In this document: positions 59,501 to 64,000 of the stretch, one piece after another
Numbering within the stretch: position 1 is the first letter of the stretch
Layout of the letters: each line of letters opens with the position of its first letter
Assembly (NCBI GenBank): GCA_905178155.1
Contig: CAJINV010000018.1
Span: forward strand, 254,479 to 318,478
DNA from: Amoebophrya sp. A120
Taxonomy: Eukaryota; Protista; Dinoflagellata
Direction of reading: 5' to 3'
Length of the DNA: 64,000 nucleotides
Program-made: the position numbers and the translations under genes
The notes under the pieces: generated by a model
The model's database searches: none
What the model saw: the letters and a program-made list of their open reading frames with translations, nothing else
What the model was told of the DNA's origin: nothing

Positions 59501-62500
59501 ACTCTGGTGTGGGTACGTTTTTACTCAGGATAGGTTTCCAGGATCGTTTTGGCCGGGACTCCCTGCAACAGTCTATCAAATGTAAAAGTGTCTGGGTCTG
59601 GAAAGTTGGAACTTGTGATGCTAACTTTGGACCCTAAAAAAATTTGTATTGCATGACCAGCAAGAGGAGCCACGCTTGTGCTACGCGAGGAGGGCATTTG
59701 TCATGCGGAAATGGCATCAGCAAGCCTTCCAAAAATCTGTGATGCTGGTTCATGCATTACAAGCATCATGGGTCATGCCAGACAAGCATGACAAGCCTTG
59801 CATTCTTCCAGACCCAGACATTTTTACATTTGGTACGGTCTCTCCGTCTGCAACACCTTACGGAACATTCCTTTCTCTCTATCCGTCAGCCCGTTTGTCA
59901 TGTCATCCCACTGCATAATCAACGGCGCCTATGCAAGAAAAAAACTGTGTTAGTGTAACTTTTTTGGAGGAACAGAATTACAAATTTGCTCTACACGACA
60001 GAGAAAACCTGTCACGCGTGGCTCGTAAGGGAAAACACACATGAAAAGAGGACTTCATGGCTGTCTGGCATGACAGGTGTAACTCTGTTGCATGTTCTGC
60101 AACACAAATTTGCAATTACACAGTTTTTTTCTTCGATAACGCCAGGAAGTGGGGGATGCGCAGGAAGTCCGCGTTTCCGTGAATCCCGATTCGGCGGGAA
60201 ATCAGCGGCAGGGTTTTCTCCTGGTGCTTCTTGAACAGCCTATTCATCTTCTTCCACAGCAGCGCGCACTTCTTCGCCAAATTGGTCCAATGTTGCCTCT
60301 CAGCAGTGTCCTCCGGCTGGAGGACCACTGTGTAGTCCGCTTCAACAACACTACCGCGGCTATCAAATGCAACTGTGTCTGGGTCTGGACGAATGCAAGA
60401 GTTTGTCGTGCAGATCATTTTCGATGATCCATGAGATCTTCAATTTAACAGGATCTTCTAGCATGACAGATCATTCTGTGAGATCTCTATCATGCCTATC
60501 CTGCATGAGAAACTGCGTCGCTACAACTTGGTTAATAAATGTGGACACCTTTTGGTAAGCACGCAACACAGATTGATTTTTATGCGATCCAGCCTCAGCA
60601 CGACAAATTGCAGGCTACTTGCAGACCCAGACATATTTGCAATGCATAGCCGCGCATCGGCTGCCCGACGCTTCTTGGAGAGCCGCTCGCGGGGCTACCA
60701 CTAGCCGCTCCTGTTTGATGGGGACTTTCCTCCTCCCCATTTTCCTCTGCCTCCCTTGCTTTTTGCTCGGCTTCCTTCTGGGCCTGTTTGTTCATTTCCC
60801 GCATGAGTTCTTCGGCCTTCTGTTTGAGCATGGTCCGCCAGTAGCCAACAGCCTCGGTGTCATCTTTGTCTAGATTTAATAGTAGCTTGTCAATGTCATC
60901 CTCGTCCGGTTCAATGGAATCCGCAGCCGAGGAGGATCCTCCTGGGGGGCCACCCGCAGGTTTTTGATCGGAAGTAGAACCACTACCGCTGGAAGGCTTG
61001 TCAACACTCGTCCCTGTCACAGGTGCGGCTCCACTACTGCCGAACAGACTAGTCTTCACGTACCAGTGACTCGGGAAATCTGCGTGGATATCGACAATGG
61101 AATCCGGTTTCCAGGGCGATTGAACATGTTTTTTGAAAGCAGTTCTGACAGATTCTGCAAAATGGTGTATCCTGAGTAAAAACGTCCCCGCACCAGAATC
61201 AGGATGGGGATTTTGCAACACAAACCTAGGAGTTTTGGGAGTCACGCATGACAAGTTGCACTCCGCAGTGTAGTGCAGGTTAGCAAGTGCAGCCGCGTCA
61301 CAGATTCATCTGCTCATCCTGTTCACAGCATCACAAATTCCAATACACGATTGGAAACAAATGGCTCTCATGGGGATGCGCGTTACAAGTCTTCCTGTCT
61401 TTGCAAATCTGCATTACAACTCTGGTGTGGGGACGTTTTTACTCAGGATATGGTGCCGGGCGTAGTCCGGTAACTGCCACGACACCGGGCCTTTTTTCCC
61501 GAGATCGTTCAAAGCTCGTTGCTTGTCCTCGTCACCTCCAGGCGCAAGTCGTATCATGAGTAAAAATGTCCCCACGACCCCATAGTCAAGATGCGAAATC
61601 TGCTACACAAATCAACCACCTTCGGCTGTTTCGCATGACAGGTTTGTCGTCGTAGTGCAGTGCTGTTTCAGGTAGTTCAGCAGCATCACAGATCTAGTAT
61701 ATCATGCTGATTGGAGCATGACAAACACAAATCCCAAAACACGACTAGAAAAGAACGCTTCTCATGGGGATTTGCATGGGAAACATTTTCATCATGCAGA
61801 TTTGCATTACAAGAACCATGGTCGTGTGGGGACGTTTTTACTCAGGATAAGTCGGTAAACGGAGTCGAAAATTTTGTTTTGGTGGATTTTCCGGGAGTAC
61901 CAGTGGGTATCAACTGTAAAAATGTCTGGGTCTGGAAGAATCCAACTTGTCATGCTGATTTTGGATTCGCAAAAAAATCTGTATTGCATGAGCAGCAAAA
62001 AGAGTCCAAGTTTTGCTACACGGAAAGAGCATTTATCATGCGGTATAGGCATCAGGAAGCCCTCACAAAATCTGTGATGCTAGGGCCTGCATCACAGACA
62101 TTAGGAGGCATGCAAAGAAAATGTGCATTACAAACCTGGCAATCTTCCAAACCCAGACATTTTTACAATTGATAGTGGGTGTTATGGAAGGAGCCTTCGC
62201 GATCGGAATTCCGGAGCATCTGATCCGTTCCGTCGTTATCATTCGTGAAAAGTCCCCACGGTTTTGCTTTTTGATACGCAACGGACTCCACATGTTCTTC
62301 GTACTCTTCCTGAATGAACGACTTCTCCCGCTTCACTCCGAGATTCAAATGGTGGTCCGGCACTGCTTCCGCCCCCAAGGACATTCCCAGGTCGTCTCCG
62401 AACCCGAGCAGTTTCCGCATCTTAGTTGCGAACCGGAACATCAGCTCGGACTCTGTGTCCTCCGCTTTATGCAATTGCGACAATTCGTGCTCCGAAATCT

Positions 62501-64000
62501 GCACAGAGAACTGCAGCCAGAGAACTCTGTAGTCCCTCTCCTGCTTCATTTGGTCAAGTTTCTCTCGTTCATCATCATCCATTTGCGACGGACCTTTCGC
62601 GATTGATGTCGGAAGATGACTCGGGGCGGCAGAAGATGGGGCATGAGTATCAGCTTGTTGCGCCGCTTTATCAGGGACTGCAGTAGAGCTGCCGAACAAG
62701 CTCCCGGACAGACCCGCAAAGACGGAACTAGATTTCGCTCCACTGCTCGCGGAAAGATTTTCATATCAAAAGGAAAAAACCCCCCTCCCCATATCGAAAA
62801 GGAAATCTGTGATGCTGGGTGTGCATACACAAATCAGATTTGTCTTGCAGTAGAGGACTGCGCGCAGATTGCCAGCCTAGATAGGGGCCTTTTGGTGTAA
62901 GCGCCTCGCATGGTAGACGGCTGTCCTGTAGTCCTTACAACATCACAAATCGCCAGCATAGCGTGGCAGAGAGCCTGGATTTGCCTTCTCGCAAGACAGA
63001 CAAGATTTGTGGCCACAAATCTGCATCACAAATTTTCAGAAGATACGTTTTCAACAATATGGGGAGGGGGGATTTTTCTTTTTGATATTTCAGGTTCTTT
63101 CCTTTTACTTTCGATCTTCAGCAGTTCTGTGTTTCTCAGCTCGGACTTTGCGTTCAACCCCAACTGCCCGTCAGACACCGTCCCGGTTGGGCTTGTCCCT
63201 TTGATACCCCACATTTGCCGGAACTGCTCGTAGACGAAGCTTATCAAATGCAAATATGTCTGGGTCTGGAAGAGTGTAAACTTGTCATGCAGAGGTTCCA
63301 TGATCCATGAGGTCTGGAATGCGGGACTTAGCATGAGAGACTCTGCGAGGTCTCTGCCATGCCTATCCTGCATGAGAAAGTCCCTCCCAACTTGGTCGAA
63401 AGTGGATAGCTTTCGGCACTCATGCAACACAGATTCTTGTATGCTTCAGATTTACCATGACAAGTTACCACCTTCCAGACCCAGACATATTTGCAATTCA
63501 TAAAGCTGAACACCTCGGAGTTCGACTTGAAATCTCTTTCCGGGTCCGCTTTCTCTGATATAACAGTGCACAAATCCCCCTCCCCCTCATTTGTATAGCA
63601 TGAACGGCAGTACAAGCATCAGCAAGACTGCCGGTTTTGCATGACAAATTTCCACTAGATTATACATAGTGCTATTTTGGCCACCAGAACTTGTCATGCC
63701 AACGGTGCCAAGAGGCATAGGGTGGATTTGGTATTTTGCATGACAAATGAGGGGGAGGGGGAGTTGTGCACTCTCATATCTGAGCCTTTTTTCAACGCGG
63801 TCAGACCTTGATCCAGGGTTTCCTCGTAGTCGCGCCGGTCCGGGGACTCCTCCCATTTCAGGTCGGTCAAGGAGACTTATCAAATGTAAAAATGTCTGGG
63901 TCTGGAAGAATGCAAGATTTGTGATGCAGTTTTTCCATGACCCATGAGGCCTGGAATGCAGCACCTAGCATGACAAACGCTGTGAGGTGTCTATCATGCC
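56565..64000 (-). CDS. Large hypothetical protein, 3' part (5' end beyond the window); 16 introners plus 1 GT-AG intron
   Basis: Minus ORF pieces (62163-62699, 60595-61254, 58050-58334, 57359-57625, 56565-56897) are exons. The 3' junctions were checked in frame: KKDLT|SLLEQ, GDFK|VSPL, YTPG|SSEITG...WWKPN*. Confidence 0.8.
56867..57013. mobile_element. Introner family G
   Basis: TIR G; TSD CCCTG. Confidence 0.9.
57083..57403 (-). other. Canonical GT-AG intron (321 nt)
   Basis: TTAAG|GTATTG...CTTCAG|GTCT; removal keeps the frame (HGDFK-VSPLSS). Confidence 0.8.
57614..57876. mobile_element. Introner family A
   Basis: TIR A; TSD GAGGT. Confidence 0.9.
57956..58112. mobile_element. Introner family G
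   Basis: TIR G; TSD CGACG. Confidence 0.9.
58414..58710. mobile_element. Introner family A (degenerate)
   Basis: Diverged TIR A; TSD AGTAC/AATAT. Confidence 0.8.
58874..59089. mobile_element. Introner family E
   Basis: TIR E; TSD ATCTC. Confidence 0.9.
59253..59532. mobile_element. Introner family B
   Basis: TIR B; TSD GGTCT/GGTTT. Confidence 0.9.
59574..59835. mobile_element. Introner family A
   Basis: TIR A; TSD CAGTC/CGGTC. Confidence 0.9.
59930..60138. mobile_element. Introner family F
   Basis: TIR F; TSD GCGCC/ACGCC. Confidence 0.9.
60361..60648. mobile_element. Introner family A
   Basis: TIR A; TSD GCGGC/GCCGC. Confidence 0.88.
61168..61450. mobile_element. Introner family B
   Basis: TIR B; TSD TGGTG. 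Confidence 0.9.
61552..61849. mobile_element. Introner family B
   Basis: TIR B; TSD AGTCG. Confidence 0.9.
61908..62174. mobile_element. Introner family A
   Basis: TIR A; TSD GTGGG. Confidence 0.9.
62764..63087. mobile_element. Introner family D
   Basis: TIR D; TSD TTTCA. Confidence 0.9.
63242..63502. mobile_element. Introner family A
   Basis: TIR A; TSD AAGCT. Confidence 0.9.
63559..63778. mobile_element. Introner family E
   Basis: TIR E; TSD TCTGA. Confidence 0.9.
63878..64000. mobile_element. Introner family A (truncated by the window edge)
   Basis: Left TIR TATCAAATGTAAAAATGTCTGGGTCTGGAA. Confidence 0.85.

Noticed and set aside
659-62900. Plus-strand ORFs (e.g. 27369-28109, 47119-47841, 7767-8375)
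   Set aside because: These are antisense shadows of minus-strand exons, or exon/element chimeras.
1184-63964. Repeated short ORF peptides (KCKNVWVWK, FQTQTFLHL, ILSKNVPTP, MSGSGR) as a protein repeat family
   Set aside because: They are translations of the TIRs in several frames on both strands, and no conserved full ORF exists inside the elements.

Overview
Eukaryotic genomic DNA. The architecture matches that reported for the parasitic dinoflagellate Amoebophrya (Syndiniales); this taxon assignment is inference. Five protein-coding genes all lie on the minus strand: a giant hypothetical protein of at least 5,518 codons (33489 to <1), a small poorly resolved gene (~36.2-37.1 kb), a 1,044-aa multi-pass membrane protein (41124-48760), a 416-aa triple-KH RNA-binding protein (49596-54229) and the 3' part of a large hypothetical gene (56565 to >64000). 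I mapped by eye 112 short (mostly 147-330 bp) non-autonomous MITE-like elements, 111 of them inside these genes, in 9 terminal-inverted-repeat (TIR) families that I label A-I. Nearly all run TAT...ATA, are flanked by a 5-bp target-site duplication (TSD) and carry arrays of a TGTNATGC/GCATNACA motif. Removing each element plus one TSD copy restores the reading frame, so they behave as non-canonical introns (introners). They occur in both orientations and almost never form GT-AG. Further observations: ~200-bp-phased exon lengths, no introner-in-introner nesting, a plausible route from introner to canonical GT-AG intron, two insertions at the same nucleotide of family B, an 8-nt micro-exon and a GC-rich 1.2-kb insert between 48-bp direct repeats. 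No transposase, rRNA, tRNA or CRISPR array was found. All coordinates and counts were read manually.
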